Assembly: GCA_012295275.1 (NCBI GenBank)
Contig: CM022666.1
Coordinates: forward strand, 7,998,001-8,062,000
Source of the DNA: Chrysomallon squamiferum
Lineage: Eukaryota; Animalia; Mollusca
Direction: 5' to 3'
DNA: 64,000 bases
Shown: piece by piece, positions 13,024 to 28,515 of the stretch
How the letters are laid out: each line of letters starts with the position of its first letter
Numbering within the stretch: position 1 is the stretch's first letter
Made by a program: the position numbers and the translations under genes
Notes under the pieces: model-generated
Database searches by the model: none
What the model was told of the DNA's origin: nothing
What the model saw: only the letters and a program-made list of their open reading frames with translations

Positions 13024-13669
13024 TAGTTTCATTATTGCTGTTATTGTTATTGTTGTCATTGCTATTATTGTTATTGTGTTATTATTGTGGTTTTTTTTAA
13101 TTATTGTTATTAGTAGTAGTAGTAGCAATAATAGTATTACTGGTGTTGTTGTTCTTATTGTTGCCATTATTATCGACACTGTTATTTGCTATTGTTGATG
13201 TGTTGTTGTTATTGTTATTGCTATTATTTTTGTTTTTATTATTTATATTGTTATTGTGGTTGTTAGTACTATTATTAGGTATACCAGAACGAGGCCCTGA
13301 CGTCAGACCAATTATTTCGTTCTTTCTTGTGCGACTGTCTGTACCAACAGGTCGAAGTTTTAGAAACGCATAAAGAGAACAATTTCTCGACGTAGTTCGC
13401 GCTGTACAGAACACTGTCCTGCTAGTTTTGTTTTCATCTTGAGAAAAACAGTGCAGAAAAGACGTGTTTCAAAAACACGACGGTCAATTTACGAATATGA
13501 TTAATGTTTTTCTTGAAACCTTGCTAGTAGTTTGTTTTGTTTTTAACGAAGAATTATACATAGTAGGTAGAAAATAGTACTTTCCGCTATTTGGGCCTGC
13601 CCATGTAATTTTCCAAAATAAAATCTCAACACCAAAAAGCAGATCTATAACATCATCATCCATTATAGT

Positions 13670-14000
13670 ATTACAAGAATAATATCTGCTGTATTTAACG
13701 GTAACATAATAATCTTTGTTGAATTTAACGATAACAGTAATATCTGTTGAATTTTACGGTAATATATAATATTTGCTGTGTTTAAAGGCAGCATAATATT
13801 TTTTAGATTATAACGAGAACTAAAAATGTCTTTTGCATTTAATGGTAACAATGATATCTGTACAATTTAACAATAACGTAATGACCGTTGTATTTAAAGG
13901 TACTTTAATAATACCTCCTGCATTTAACAGTAACGTAAAGAAATCTGTTGAATTTTACAGCTATTTAACAGTATCACGGTTTAACGGTTACCTGTTGTAT
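13670..14000. repeat. Degenerate ~27-30 bp minisatellite
   Basis: Recurrent unit like aatatctgctgtatttaacggtaaca. Confidence 0.6.
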
Positions 14001-14358
14001 TCAGTGATCGAAATGTTACAGCTAATTATAGCTCAAATTAATTAAATGTTAAAATACTGGATTGTGTATGTAATAATGAAACTGGACTCTGGAGATTACG
14101 AAACGCGAAGATAAACTAAATTAGCTGTAATAGCAGCTACGTGAAGTGTCGTTTTGTGATAACGTGGTTGAACTGTAATCGATTTTCTTTTTCTTTTTCT
14201 TTCTCTTGGTTTTTTTTTTTTTTTTTTTTTAATTAAGTAATTTTTTTTTTTTTTTTTTAATTGTTTTCATTTGATAAAGCATATTTATTACAAAACTGCT
14301 CATTGTATTTTTTATTATTTATTTATTTATTTATTTATTTTTTATTTATTTATTTATT

Positions 14359-14422
<64 letters not shown>

Positions 14423-14595
14423 TCATTCATAATTACACACACAACACATACACGCACATACACAAGCATGCACTGTATCGTTTACAATCAATAAAAAATT
14501 CAAATGTAAACTGTAACCCCCTCCCCCAGTAACAACATAGTATTTTTTTTTTCACACCCAGCACTCGTTCTGCGTATTTCAGGAAGGTTACGTAC

Positions 14596-14875
14596 CGCTA
14601 TTTACAACATCTCGTCCTCTTCAGAAAAATCACGCATTTCTAAAACTCTCCGTTATAAACAACACTGTCACCGTTTTATCTGCCGCTATATATCACAGGG
14701 AGAGTTTGTTATTTTAACACACGAGAAGAACGCGCTCCTCCGCCCATCGAAACACAATACAGGCGGTAGGCAGCCCACGTTTTCCGGGTCTACCCTCTCC
14801 CCCAACGCTCCCTGTTGCTTGGTGACAGTGACTTGCACGCCAAACAAAGTGGGCGTTTTGCTATCATTGGATTTC
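14596..14875 (-). promoter_or_regulatory. Putative promoter and first non-coding exon of the LRR gene
   Basis: GC/CpG-richer island with minus-strand TATATA (14687-14692), X-box-like GTTGCTTGGTGAC (14814-14826), CCAAT (~14866-14870) and a donor-like GCG|GTACGT at 14596/14595; a second possible UTR exon ends at 13285 (CTG|GTATAC). Inference only. Confidence 0.45.
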
Positions 14876-16073
14876 AATGGTTAAGTAAACATCAACGTGA
14901 TAAATGGCGAAATGGCAACAGGGTTCGATAAGGCACATAGACTGTAGAGCGTGGAAACTTGATCTGGCCGGTTTTTAATTTATAAGCGACGCTTAGCGTA
15001 TCGAAATTGTACTGTTCATTCGTAGACACGTTTGAAAGTTACGGGTAGTATTAGTATATTTACTTATTTATCATAGCTGCATACATTATATACATATATA
15101 TAGACACCACTATGTTATACACATGAATAGGAACATACCTTAATACATCTATACATACGAATGAATGAATGAATGAACAAATGAATGAACAAAAATATAT
15201 CGGCTATTGGGTGTCAAATCGATATATACATATATACCATACGTACATACGTACGTACGTTTATACATACATACATACCTAACATAATATATATATAAGA
15301 CATTTAAGGGAACCTAAGAAATGCTTGTTATTTTCTGACATTAAATATCAGTAAAGTCACCATCGTTCACAAACTTCTATTTAGAAACGTAATCAATCTC
15401 CACCATATTCAGTTACTAACCAAACCTCTCAAAAGTTCTTCAAATTACCGAGAGTCAAACCCAGCTAAGAAATACACTGGATACGACCCCTAAAAGTGAT
15501 TTGTTGTTGTTCTGTAGAGCAAAGACAGATTGCCAGTTAACAAAAGGAGCTGAACAGTGTGAACTAAAGGCTAAGAACGGGGCAAGGGTAGACGAATGGA
15601 TATTAAGTAAAAACGCTAAGCGATACTTCAAAGAACCGTTTTGGTTCTTTTCAATGTGCCTCAGTTTAATGGATGTATAGAACTAGGTGTATGTAACAGC
15701 GCAGTGTGTGATATTAAATTCAGAGCTGTTGTTGGTAATGGGAAAAGTCTCCCAGGGCGGGTATAATACTGTTGACGCGATATTCTGCCACTTTATAATG
15801 GTCACTTGATGCACGGTGCAACAGTACAGAACGATTAAATGTGACCGTAATTACTAATATAATACAGGTGATAGTTTTCTGGTTTATTGTTTCTGTTATT
15901 ATTATTATTATTATTAGTAGTAGTAGTAGTAGTAGTAGTATTAGCAGTAGTACTAGTAGTAGTAGTAGTATTGTTGTCGTTGTTGTTGTTATTACTATTA
16001 TTATCATCTTCATCCAATAGTTGTTATACTCTCATTTCTACTACTAGTACTACCACTGATGCTGTTACTACTA

Positions 16074-16168
<95 letters not shown>

Positions 16169-16832
16169 GTAAATTAACGAATGAAAAGTAGAGGACTAAA
16201 TATTTTTTTTTATTTATTTGTTGTTGAGTCGTTTTCATAAATATTCCACATGATAATTGCTTGAGAAAATGTTATTATATTCCTTCTATACAATTAACAA
16301 AGCGATTTTTAAGCTTCCTTAACATTAGTCAAGCGGAAAGTTACGAAAATTATCGACGAGTGTCGAAATGACCTTTACTACGAATCAAAATTAATTATTT
16401 ATCAACAGACTGTGCGAGTATTTATTTATTTCCTGTTATGAATTTGTTTTGTTTTCAGTGAAATATATCTTAGATGTATTTTGAGTAAAATAATATTTAC
16501 ATCTGTTTTGAGTAAAATATATTTTACATTCGTTTATATATTCGTCATTTTAGTTTTGTATCAAATTATGTTTCTAAATAAATATTTTGCGTGTATATAC
16601 TGAACGGTAAAAGCATAGTTTATAATCAAGCTCACAGCTAACTTAATTATTAATAATTATATAACAGTAGTATTACTACATCAAAATAGAACCACACACA
16701 CCTTCATTAGACATAGACAAAGGGAGGGAAAGACAGACAGACAAACAGAGGAAGCAAGGAAAGGAAGACAGGGCAGAGCTAGAGATAGACAAATACACTC
16801 ATAGTGAGGAGGAGAAAGATGAAGAAGAAAAA

Positions 16833-16905
<73 letters not shown>

Positions 16906-17313
16906 TAACAGACAGTACAGTATCTCTGTTAACGTAATATTATTATAATGTCTCACTTCAGCAGTTCATGTAAAAAAATAAAAATAAAAATAATACAACA
17001 CGAACATATTATCTTGAACAATGGAAATAATAATAATTATTTACAGTGTCAGTGTGTAGGTCAAAATACATAACTGATCCCCACCCCAGCAAACGGTAAC
17101 ATCGAATGTCAGAATGTTCCTTGTTTTTCACGTGATATGATTATCTGAACTGTGCTTTTGTTGAAATTACGGTGAAAGACCCCGTAACTTCTAAACAAAG
17201 AAAAACAAAAATGTCAGCTCTGTCGAGACACCTATCATGAGGTGCAATCGGCACATCCTCTAGTCAACCAAGCGATTTTATTATCATTAGTCCTTATATT
17301 ATTTATTTGGGTA

Positions 17314-17345
<32 letters not shown>

Positions 17346-18250
17346 ATTAATTTTTTATTATTTTTGTTGTTGTTGTTGAAATTATGAAGATAATTTCCAT
17401 TTCTAAAATTATTTTCACCATAAAAAAATTTATAAATTAAAAAAAAAATCAAAGTCAAAATGTACAAATTTTAACATCACGATCCCCCACCCCCCACCTA
17501 TCCCCCACCCCACCTATCCCCCACCACCCTTTACAGCGGGACTGTTTTCTACTGTCGATATCCCACCGCGGTTTGTGGTGATTAATGCAGAGCTATAATT
17601 AACCTTTGGCACACCGCTGCTCTCTTTCGGTTTGTCGTGCCCATTACACCACTCGACTACAACAATGACGACCGAGTAACTGTTGTTGAGAAGGAGCAGT
17701 GAACAAGCGCAAACTCCTGTTAACATCGTATTACGGTGTGAATAGCGCGCTTGCAGGCTTTTCTGACTCGCTGGAAACACGGCCAGGCACTGCAGGCACA
17801 CAACAGTCCTTTATGCGAAAACAAAACACCAGCCTAATGCTTTCGAACGTGGTAACAAACGAGGCTGTTTTCAGTTTTATAATTCACAAGCCGTGGCTTA
17901 AAAACTGTACGTAACAGACAAATAAAAATGAGGTTAACTTATTTGAACTTGAATATTTTTGACGAGTTGCGCGGCATGAGAGAATAATAATAAGCTGACT
18001 AATTTGAATGTGATATATCTGACTGAAAAAACGAGGCTATTTTTGATTTGATGCTTTATTAGTTTGCGACATATAAAAAGTTGTGGTATAAAAAATGTTA
18101 TATAATAAATAAATAAGAAAGACGTTAACTCTTTTGGAGTTGGTATATTTCACTAACAAATGAAACTATTTATAATTTTATAATTCACAAGATGTTGCAT
18201 AGAAAAAATATGTATGTAGCAGGACAAATAATAATAATAATAATAATAAT

Positions 18251-18329
<79 letters not shown>

Positions 18330-18416
18330 TGACTAACAAAAACGAGGCTATCTTTAATCTTATGTTTAATTAGCAGCAACATAACAAATGATACTCTTTT
18401 AAATTTGCTTCTTCTT

Positions 18417-18447
<31 letters not shown>

Positions 18448-18694
18448 TTATTATTTTTTGTTTGTTATTTTATTTTAATTTTTTTTAATTATTATTATTT
18501 GTTTTACTGCCATTGACATCAGAAACCAACCACATTTTTGTTAACTTGATATAAAGCAAGGAAATATATTCATCGGATATACGTGTTACTTAAAAAGAAG
18601 AAAAAAAACATAACCCCCAAAACAAAAGCTTATAAAATATAAGACGCATTCTTATACATGTCTTATACTAAAGGAAAGAGCAGAGTCATAAAAG

Positions 18695-18930
18695 GTGGCG
18701 GGATATATCCTTGTTACTGCGTCCATAGCTTATATCCCGTTCCAACCAGTAACCGGTTTATCAAAAGTCGTTATTCGTGTTTCCATGGAAGGTGCCTATC
18801 GGTAAGAGTAACCCATGGAGCGACAGTAGGTGTACTCTTTCAAATTCATTAATACTTTAGAAATATACTTATACCAATAACGAGTTCCTAATAACAGTCA
18901 GTATTAAAATGTATTCAAGAGTTAAGCTTT
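18695..18930 (+). mobile_element. Highly decayed tRNA-derived SINE-like copy
   Basis: Shares ordered motifs (gggatata...ttcca.c...caaa.g.c...aaga.ta.cc...agcgac) with 49598-49795 and more weakly with 1-200. Confidence 0.4.
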
Positions 18931-20050
18931 GCTTCTATTTAACAACGGGATAGTTTAAATGGTTGTATAAACACGTATACAGTTATTTATCCTATTCGTT
19001 AAAGTAGAAATTCGTGTTGAATTGGAATGAGAAATACTAATAATTGTTTACTTATATTAAATGAAAAATCTATACGTGAACTTGTATTAACCTACATTTT
19101 AGTGATTATCTTTACTATAGATTTTTCATTTAATATAAGCAAACATTTATTAGTATTTCTCATTGTAATTCAACACGAATCTATATATTTGTTGTCGTTA
19201 GTATTTATAAATAAATAAATACATTAAAATTAAAAATAAAAAATAAAATAAAAACAAACAGACATGGATGTCTATAAAACATTTAGGGTGGGATAAATCG
19301 AAAATGGCACTAGTGTGCAACAGACAAAATTCATAAGAAACTGTTTTATTAACGGGTATTATGATATCTACGTTTAAGCTCACTTAAAAAAGTACTCAGA
19401 TACGCACACACATATATATGTATATATATATAATAATTCACGTACATATAATTCACATACATTCATTTACATAGACACAGACACTATATTCATACAAACA
19501 TGACATATACAGGTAATGGATAGGTTTTTTTTTTTTTTTTTTTTAACAGTAAGATTAATCTGAGATCAATACTACATAGCCCCAAACCTCGGTAACAGGG
19601 TGACTTTTTGGTTTAGGATACAAAGAGTTAACTCTTAATGGTGATCAGAAACCCACGTTAAAGCTTATAGTGCTGACTGTGTTATGAAAGTAAGTCGGTT
19701 ACGAAGTAGTTAACGGTATATTACATAGGGGGATAAAATAATTTTATAAATTCTGCAAGTTTCAGTCTTAATTAAAATTCACACAGAGGAAATGAGACGT
19801 GCTACTGTCTGGACTGGTTTATGCCTATAAATAAATCATACGAAATTCTTGGAGTAATAAATGGTAGTGGTAGTAGCAGTAGTTGTAGTAACAGAAGCAG
19901 TAATAATACTGATGGTGTTAGCGGTGGTAGTGGTTGTAGAACCATTAGTATTACATTATAGTGAAATGATAGTAGTAATGTTAATTACAAGAAACCGAAA
20001 TAGAGAAGCAATATTTATGATAGAAAAAAAAAAAATTGTAATTGTCAGTA

Positions 20051-20107
<57 letters not shown>

Positions 20108-21019
20108 TGCAGTAACAGCAGTTCTGTTGTGTTAATGATGGAAAATTGATTAGACTCATTCACGAAAGCCGATTATACCCGGCAAAATATTACCATGGTA
20201 ACATGGAGCAAACGTCTGCTCAGACTGCGCAAAGCTTAAAGAAGCGACAACCAGTCAGAAATATTTAAGGAAACATAATTGCTGAAAAATGAATGTTTAA
20301 CGTTTAAGTCTCAAAATAAACTGTCTTGATTAATTCGAAATGATCAAAGTTACCTTAACATCGCCTGTGTTGTAAATGAATCCACTTTCAGTGATTTGTC
20401 GGCTTTATTCGAAGAAGCCGGCAGATTTGACAGCAGACGATGACATAGTCTTTTCAACGATACAAATCCTTTCCCCTCCGATCTTTCTGTGATAACATTG
20501 GTTGCCTGCTTAAAGTCGACCCCGAATTCAGTTACGTGCCTGAACCAGTCCGGGTACGGGGTGAAAACTGAATGAAGTCGCGCAGGCTTTACTGCTTTCA
20601 TGACAAAAATCAACAAACATAAGTCACTCAGGGTAAACAGAGACCTAACTCTTTTTTTTATTTTTTTTTTTTTTTTTTTGTATTTCCCGTCATATGCCGA
20701 TCGATAAGATTCGGCTATTTCCGTAATGGGTTAGACGGTTGCCGGGCGTTACCGATCAAAACAATTGAATTGACAGTTTATCTAAAATGTTACGGCGTGG
20801 AAGTCATTACCTACATCGCTACTGATGACGGCGATCAAACACTGAGCGTGAAAGATAAATGAAATTAAGTCAATAGAACTGAAGCGAAGTTGATAATTAT
20901 TTATTAGGTATTGATTCAGCTAGCTGCAGCAATTTTGTTAAGAGGGTAATTTGTTGAAGAAAGTGTTAACATCTGACCTTGCGTTCAATTGTTCACGAGT
21001 ATAATTAATTTGTATTGTT

Positions 21020-21085
<66 letters not shown>

Positions 21086-21288
21086 ATATATTTAATTTTT
21101 TTTTTTCTGTCTGTCTGTCTACATATTTTTCTCTATTTTTTCTATCTGTCTGTCTGTCTGTCTGTCTCTCTATATGTATATCTATATTTTTATCTCTCTA
21201 TCTATATCTATTTGTCTGTCTGTCCGTCCATCTGTCTCTCTATCTCTCTCTCTGTATATCTCTCTCTCTATCTCTATATGTATCTATC

Positions 21289-21401
<113 letters not shown>

Positions 21402-21683
21402 CAAACACACACACTCTCTTAATCACACTTTGATCTAATGATCCTATTTGACCTTGATCTTTATTTAATTGTTACAGCTCATACAATAATAAACTGATGA
21501 TATCACAGTTTATAATCGTTTATTAGCAACATTCTGCAAAGGTTTTCGCATTTGGAATTAAATCCTAATTGGTTATTGTAAGCAATTAAGAATTTAACAC
21601 GTCTTACTAACTGTTAATGATTAAGTTTTGTATTACAAATAGAACAATTAACGAGTCCTTTGACACGGCGAGAGCGAGGGGAG

Positions 21684-21780
<97 letters not shown>

Positions 21781-22433
21781 GTATATCTCGCAATGGAGTA
21801 ATAGGTATGTTTAAGATCTACGTACTTATAAAGAGAGAAAAATGAGAGAAAAAGAAGTTCTTCTAATATCGTTTGAAATAAAAACTTCATTGTATCGTGC
21901 CTTATTTATGCATGTATTAAAAACTCTCATTTGTTATGGGTTAACGAAACTAATTTACAGCATCGTTTCTGAAGACTTTCTCTTTAACGAGAAAGAAAAT
22001 TAAATATCCTTCGAGAACAACAGTAATAATTACAGACAATAATATTACCTTCCAACATACTGTTGGCAGTTGATGTTAATAACAAGAAAAATAACAAGCA
22101 TGCTGTCACGCTAAATACATCATTATTTAGATCTTGAGTGAAGTATACATGTCGATTATGCACCAGTCTAACAAAACGATCATTAATGATTTGTAGCACA
22201 AAGGGGAAAAAAAAAAAAAAAAAAAAAAAAACAGAAAAGAAAAATCGTCGGAGTTAAGCTTAATGACCGTAATTTTAAATTTGATAAAACAGGTACCTTT
22301 TTTTTTTTTTTTTTTTTTTGAAATTAATGATGTTGATTGTTTTCTCAAATTTAGCCTCAATCTTTCGTAGATTGTGGGATCGAATACCAGTGTTTCCATC
22401 GTAAGAGAAAGGCAGAAAATATTTGATGTTGGT

Positions 22434-22473
<40 letters not shown>

Positions 22474-22745
22474 TTATATTCATTTGTTAATTATTATATC
22501 ATCATCATCATCATCTTTATTTCAAAACAATAGCTCATCATTATTTTATCACTATTATGTGATCGACTTACAGAATTTATTAGAAAGAAAAAAAAAAAAA
22601 AAAAGTATCAAACTTTATTATCATGAAAGATTGGTTTTATGTTGCAATAAAATTTAATAATTTAAAATTGTATTTAGGCTTTATATTCATAGCACTACAA
22701 ATCATTTTTAACATTAAAAAAAAAAATAGAAAAAAAAATAATAAA

Positions 22746-22810
<65 letters not shown>

Positions 22811-23214
22811 ATTAATTTTAATTAAAATTAAAATAAATATTTAGGAAGTTATTTTTTATTTTTCCTGCGACAAAAAAAACATCTGAGAAATTTACTAAAA
22901 TATATACAGGCATTATGTATGTATTGAATTAGATTTGATTTAATGGGATGAAAAAACCCACTAAACAAAAACCAAACAAAACACCCAAACAAGATTTCAT
23001 TAATATGCATTAAATTAGTTAATCAAACAAATAAAAAAGTAAAGGCAGACATATATTCCCTTTGTAATGAATTTTAATTACACACACACACACACAAAAT
23101 ATCTATACGCACATATTTACAGTTCCTTTTAAATCAAATTTATATATAAGTGTGTGTGTATGTGTGTGTCTGTGTGTGTGTGTTTATGTGTGTGTGTATT
23201 TATGTGTGTCAAAT

Positions 23215-23249
<35 letters not shown>

Positions 23250-23250
23250 A

Positions 23251-23318
<68 letters not shown>

Positions 23319-23334
23319 TGTGTGTGTGTGTGAG

Positions 23335-23369
<35 letters not shown>

Positions 23370-23990
23370 GGTGTGTGTGTTTTGTGTGAGTGTATGTGTG
23401 TGTCTTGGTTTTCGACAGGACCTGTGTGTTCTTCTTTTCTTTAACTTAAACTGTAGAAAATGAAAATTTTTCGGTGAACTGTTGTTTTTTTCGAAGGATA
23501 TTCATCTTATTAAACGTTTGTTGATAAAAAACGTTTGGTGATAAAATAAAAGATATCATTAGAAATGTTTATTTTACTTCCACGCCCCTGTAATCGCCAG
23601 TATACACTCAGTGGAAACTGTTATGGTAACGCCCTGATTCGCTCTGACAGATTTAGAGATATTACAGAGATCTTTTTCACGGTAAAAAAACCAACAACAA
23701 AAAAACAACCTCCAACGATGAGCGAAAATAGTCTAATGGTTATTTATTTTTATCTAAAACTCCTAGTCTTATGTTCTAATCTCCTCGGACTATTTCACAA
23801 GTCAGCCAGGCATCCGAAGTTGACTTATTAAAAGTTATTTGCTTTCCTGTTCAGGGGAAGGTATCTGTAAAATATAACTTTCTGCTAAACATAAAATTTA
23901 TAAAAATAAATAAGTAAATAAAAGGAAAAAAAGAAGAGTAAACCACAGTATTGCAGCAGCGACTTTGTAGATCTTAAACATATCTACGAC

Positions 23991-24155
<165 letters not shown>

Positions 24156-24427
24156 CATTTTTCTGAAATTAATATCTGAGAGATATCTGATTATGTACAT
24201 AAATATAAATATATTGGATCTTAATTTTATATTATTATTATGGCCAACTCAAGTCCATACTAACCATGATCGGGCCCCTAGGCTCTCAGTTTTTCACCCC
24301 AGTAACAGAAAGAGAATCATCAGAATGCAACGACACGATGGTCCTCGGAAAAACAATTGACGGGACCCTAAGATTCAGCCTGGTCAGACTTATGAATAAT
24401 ACGACCATCGGCCGAAATCTGTCGTAG

Positions 24428-24760
24428 AAATGAATGAATGAATGAATGAATGAATGATGATAATATGACCTAATGAAACAAAATGAATGAATGAATGAAT
24501 GAATGAATGAATGATAATATGACCTAATGAAACAAAATGAATGAATGAATTTAATGAATGAATAAATGAATGAATGATGATAATATGGCCTAATGAAACA
24601 AAATGAATGAATGAATTTAATGAATGAATGAATGAATGAATGATAATATGGCCTAATGAAACAAAATGAATGAATGTCTTAATTAATTATGTTGAGATGG
24701 CCAAATGAAACGGATGAATGAATGAATATTTTCTAATACAGCAAAATGAATGAATACACT
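24428..24760. repeat. Compound (TGAA)n minisatellite with interspersed tgataatatg(a/g)cctaatgaaacaaaa units
   Basis: Four to five copies of the spacer unit separated by TGAA runs. Confidence 0.85.
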
Positions 24761-24785
24761 ATTATTTTATGAATAGAAAAAAAAA

Positions 24786-24824
<39 letters not shown>

Positions 24825-25339
24825 GCTTTAATTTTTTTTTTAACATGACCAGAAAACTTTTTAGCACTAGCGACTATATAGGACTCCATATCTCTACACA
24901 AAAAAATTAAATTAAAAAGTGTTCTTAAACGATCTTCTAAACTGTTTCCTGGTAGACCTACTTGTTTCTGATGTTTATAAAAACGGAGCCAAAAATAACA
25001 GCTTTTTTGCGAGCAAGACGTAAAAAAAAAAAAAAAAAAAAAAAGGTTAAAGATAGAGAAGATTAAAAACACAAATATTTCGTGGAACTGAGTTTGTGCG
25101 TCATTGCAGGCTGAAAGTTTTGAAACCGAAGCTGTATTTATCAGTAAGAGCAAAGATAAATTAACGAAGGTCGGGGTTTGAAAGTGACGTACTTCCATTA
25201 GCGGGCTGTAAGCGTACACCATCTCTCCGACACCAGTCTATCAACAGGAGATAACCACCATCTTCAGAAGACGACGCACTAACAATCCATCTTGGTACTG
25301 GAACCTGCAATTTCACGAGCGAGTCACGCACACACGCAA

Positions 25340-25504
25340 CTTTAAATACAGAGTGCGTGAGAGGAAAGAGATAGAACAAAGAACAAAAGTGTTTGTTATT
25401 TCGTGCATTGCTCATTCGAGTTTCTGATTTTCAGGAGTAACGTTGTTTGGAAAGTTTTCATAACCCAAACGGTTACATTGTTGTTGGATTCTAACGTTAA
25501 AGAG
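25340..25504 (+). promoter_or_regulatory. Putative TATA-like box and non-coding first exon of the Argos-like gene
   Basis: TTTAAATA at ~25341 in a CpG-richer patch and a strong donor AAGAG|GTGAGT at 25504/25505; the next exon starts at 26906 after TAG, one base before the ATG. Confidence 0.5.
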
Positions 25505-26035
25505 GTGAGTACCGTCCTTTTATTTTTTATTATTAGTATTTTTATAATTTTTTTTTTTTTTTTTATGGTTGAAGTTTTAATACCCACGCATTGCTGGTTG
25601 AAAAGATCAAAATGAAAATGTCAAATGTATAATATGAAGGTTAACATGTAGAAGATGAATACCATTTTACTTTAAAATGTCCTTTGTAGATGAATTTACG
25701 ATTATGTACTTAAACAAATATTACTGCTTCAAACCATCTGTATTCTAATTCGTGCAGATGTTGTCAGCTGAAAACAGAAATATTTGTATAACATGGTAAA
25801 TACTTTTAAAATATCTCAAACATTCGCGCCCAGTGTGTATAATTGTTCATCCTCCATTTCTTGTATCAGTGTCACCTGTTTACGTTTATATATATATATA
25901 TATCTAAATACACGGTTACATGATATCAAGAAAGATTTTAGTTTCAGTGTTTTGTATATAATACAGTTTTAAATTATGAATGCGATTTTCATGGGAAAAT
26001 CTCACAATAACTTAAAACTATTAAAATAATGAAAC

Positions 26036-26152
<117 letters not shown>

Positions 26153-26389
26153 CTATTGTTTTTATTTTAATTGTTTCCTGCAACATTTAGAGGCTGGTTT
26201 TATAGCTGGGATATACGACTAAGAAATACGATACTGATTTAAAGTCTATGAACTACATACGACACGTTTCTTCGTAAACTGCACACGTAATCACGTTTCG
26301 TAAAGTTGGTTGTATGATAACGTTATCGTATGTCCATATGTCAAGTGATTACGAACAATTTATTTTCTATTTATGTATCATACACACAT

Positions 26390-26426
<37 letters not shown>

Positions 26427-26437
26427 TGCATATACAT

Positions 26438-26478
<41 letters not shown>

Positions 26479-26612
26479 ACAGTGTCCTTCAAAAACTTAT
26501 AAAATAATACATTCACTTTGAAAATGAAATCTGCAAAAATTATAAATATAATTTACTTAATTTAAAGGATGGGATTACGATTATTTTCTTTTACGCATTT
26601 TAAAATACATAC

Positions 26613-26663
<51 letters not shown>

Positions 26664-26906
26664 AATGATGTAACGATTCCTTTCAACAAACAAAACTTTT
26701 AATAACTTGTTAAACTAACATAAACATATTATTTTAATCGCCTGGAATAGCTATCGACTCCCTTTAAGGGTATGTCAGAACAGTAAATGTATTTTACAGT
26801 AGGCGTACGGAGCTGTGATCGAAATTTCAAAATATCAAAAATAACTTACCGACTGACTCCCTTTAACAGTACTGCATAATGAAACATATTTTAAATTTGT
26901 GCTAGG

Positions 26907-27029
26907 ATGAAGTGGTGGATTTCTGCAGCTGTCCTTACAGCTCTTCTCAATTTTCTCTCGGCTGAAATTCCCGTCTTTATTGTTAACGTAAGTATATTTG
27001 ATTTTTTCTCAAGGATTATAAGTGAATTA

Positions 27030-27111
<82 letters not shown>

Positions 27112-27195
27112 TGATGATGATGATGATGATCATTATAATAACAACAACAACAACAACAAAATTAATAATAATAACAACGATGATAATAATAACAA

Positions 27196-27234
<39 letters not shown>

Positions 27235-27255
27235 TAATGAATTAAAAGATTAGTA

Positions 27256-27306
<51 letters not shown>

Positions 27307-27376
27307 ACTATTAAATTTTTTTTATATTTATTGTTACTATCATTAATAGTTATCATCATCCTAGACGCTGATTTTA

Positions 27377-27441
<65 letters not shown>

Positions 27442-28281
27442 GCAATAATAACAATAACTTCAGCAATAACAAAATTAAATTACTATTACTATTATAAAAT
27501 TATTATTATTATTATTTTTTTTAATTATTATTATAATTTTTAATTTTTAATTTTTTTTTAAATTGTCAGCGTGATTCAGGCAGTCTGGAATGTCGAGATC
27601 GCTCCGTCTGCGCTGACGTGTACAACTTCACGCGGACGTTGAGGTCGGGGAGTCGTCAGGAGGTGCGCATTGTGAAGAACTGTCGTTGCCCTAACACCAA
27701 CGACGGCGAATGTCCAATCGTAGACAACCACATGCTCCACGCCAGCACCATGCACAAGTGAGTAGCAACGTCATTCGGCCGAATAATCGATCAGTGAAAT
27801 CAATCAATCAGTCGATAGTTCTTTCGTTCATTCGTTAGATCGATAGTTCTTTTGCTCATTCGTTCGGTCGATAATTCTTTAGCTCATTCTTTTGTTCGTT
27901 CGTTCTTTCATTCACTCTTTCGTCCATCCATCTTTTCATTCATTCATTCATCCATCCTTCATTCCTTTCTTTCATTCATCCATTCATTAACTCGTTTCGC
28001 CACTGATTCATTCGTTCATTCTTTCATCCATCTCTGCATCCATTCATTCCATCTATTAACGCATGTATTTATTCATTAATTCCACTGTGATTCATTCATT
28101 CTTTCACTCATCCACCTTTCATCCATTCACTGGTTAAAACAGCAACAAAAACTCCCCTGACAGTAAAACAGCGTTTGAATAGTGTAGGCGAACAATTTCT
28201 GCAAATTATCTGTCATTACTTTAAATAGCGAATTATTAACATTTGCTTATTGTTTTCTTAGCATAAATCAAATTGTATGCA

Positions 28282-28331
<50 letters not shown>

Positions 28332-28467
28332 TGTTGTTGTTGTTGTAGTTGTTGTTCTTCTTAATATAAATATTATTATTGTTACTATACTGTTGTTATT
28401 ATAAATATTATTGTTATTATTATTTTTGCTGCTATTGCAGTCGTTGTTACTGCTGTTGTTAATGTAT

Positions 28468-28515
<48 letters not shown>

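Noticed and set aside
11664-13414. Poly-L/Y/T/I/N ORFs here and throughout the window (also poly-ER, poly-SL, poly-CV)
   Set aside because: Translations of (TAA)n, (TAG)n, (GA)n and (GT)n microsatellites.
20350-20616. 88-aa minus-strand ORF of complex sequence
   Set aside because: No recognisable homology, no clear partner exons; kept only as a possible non-coding element.
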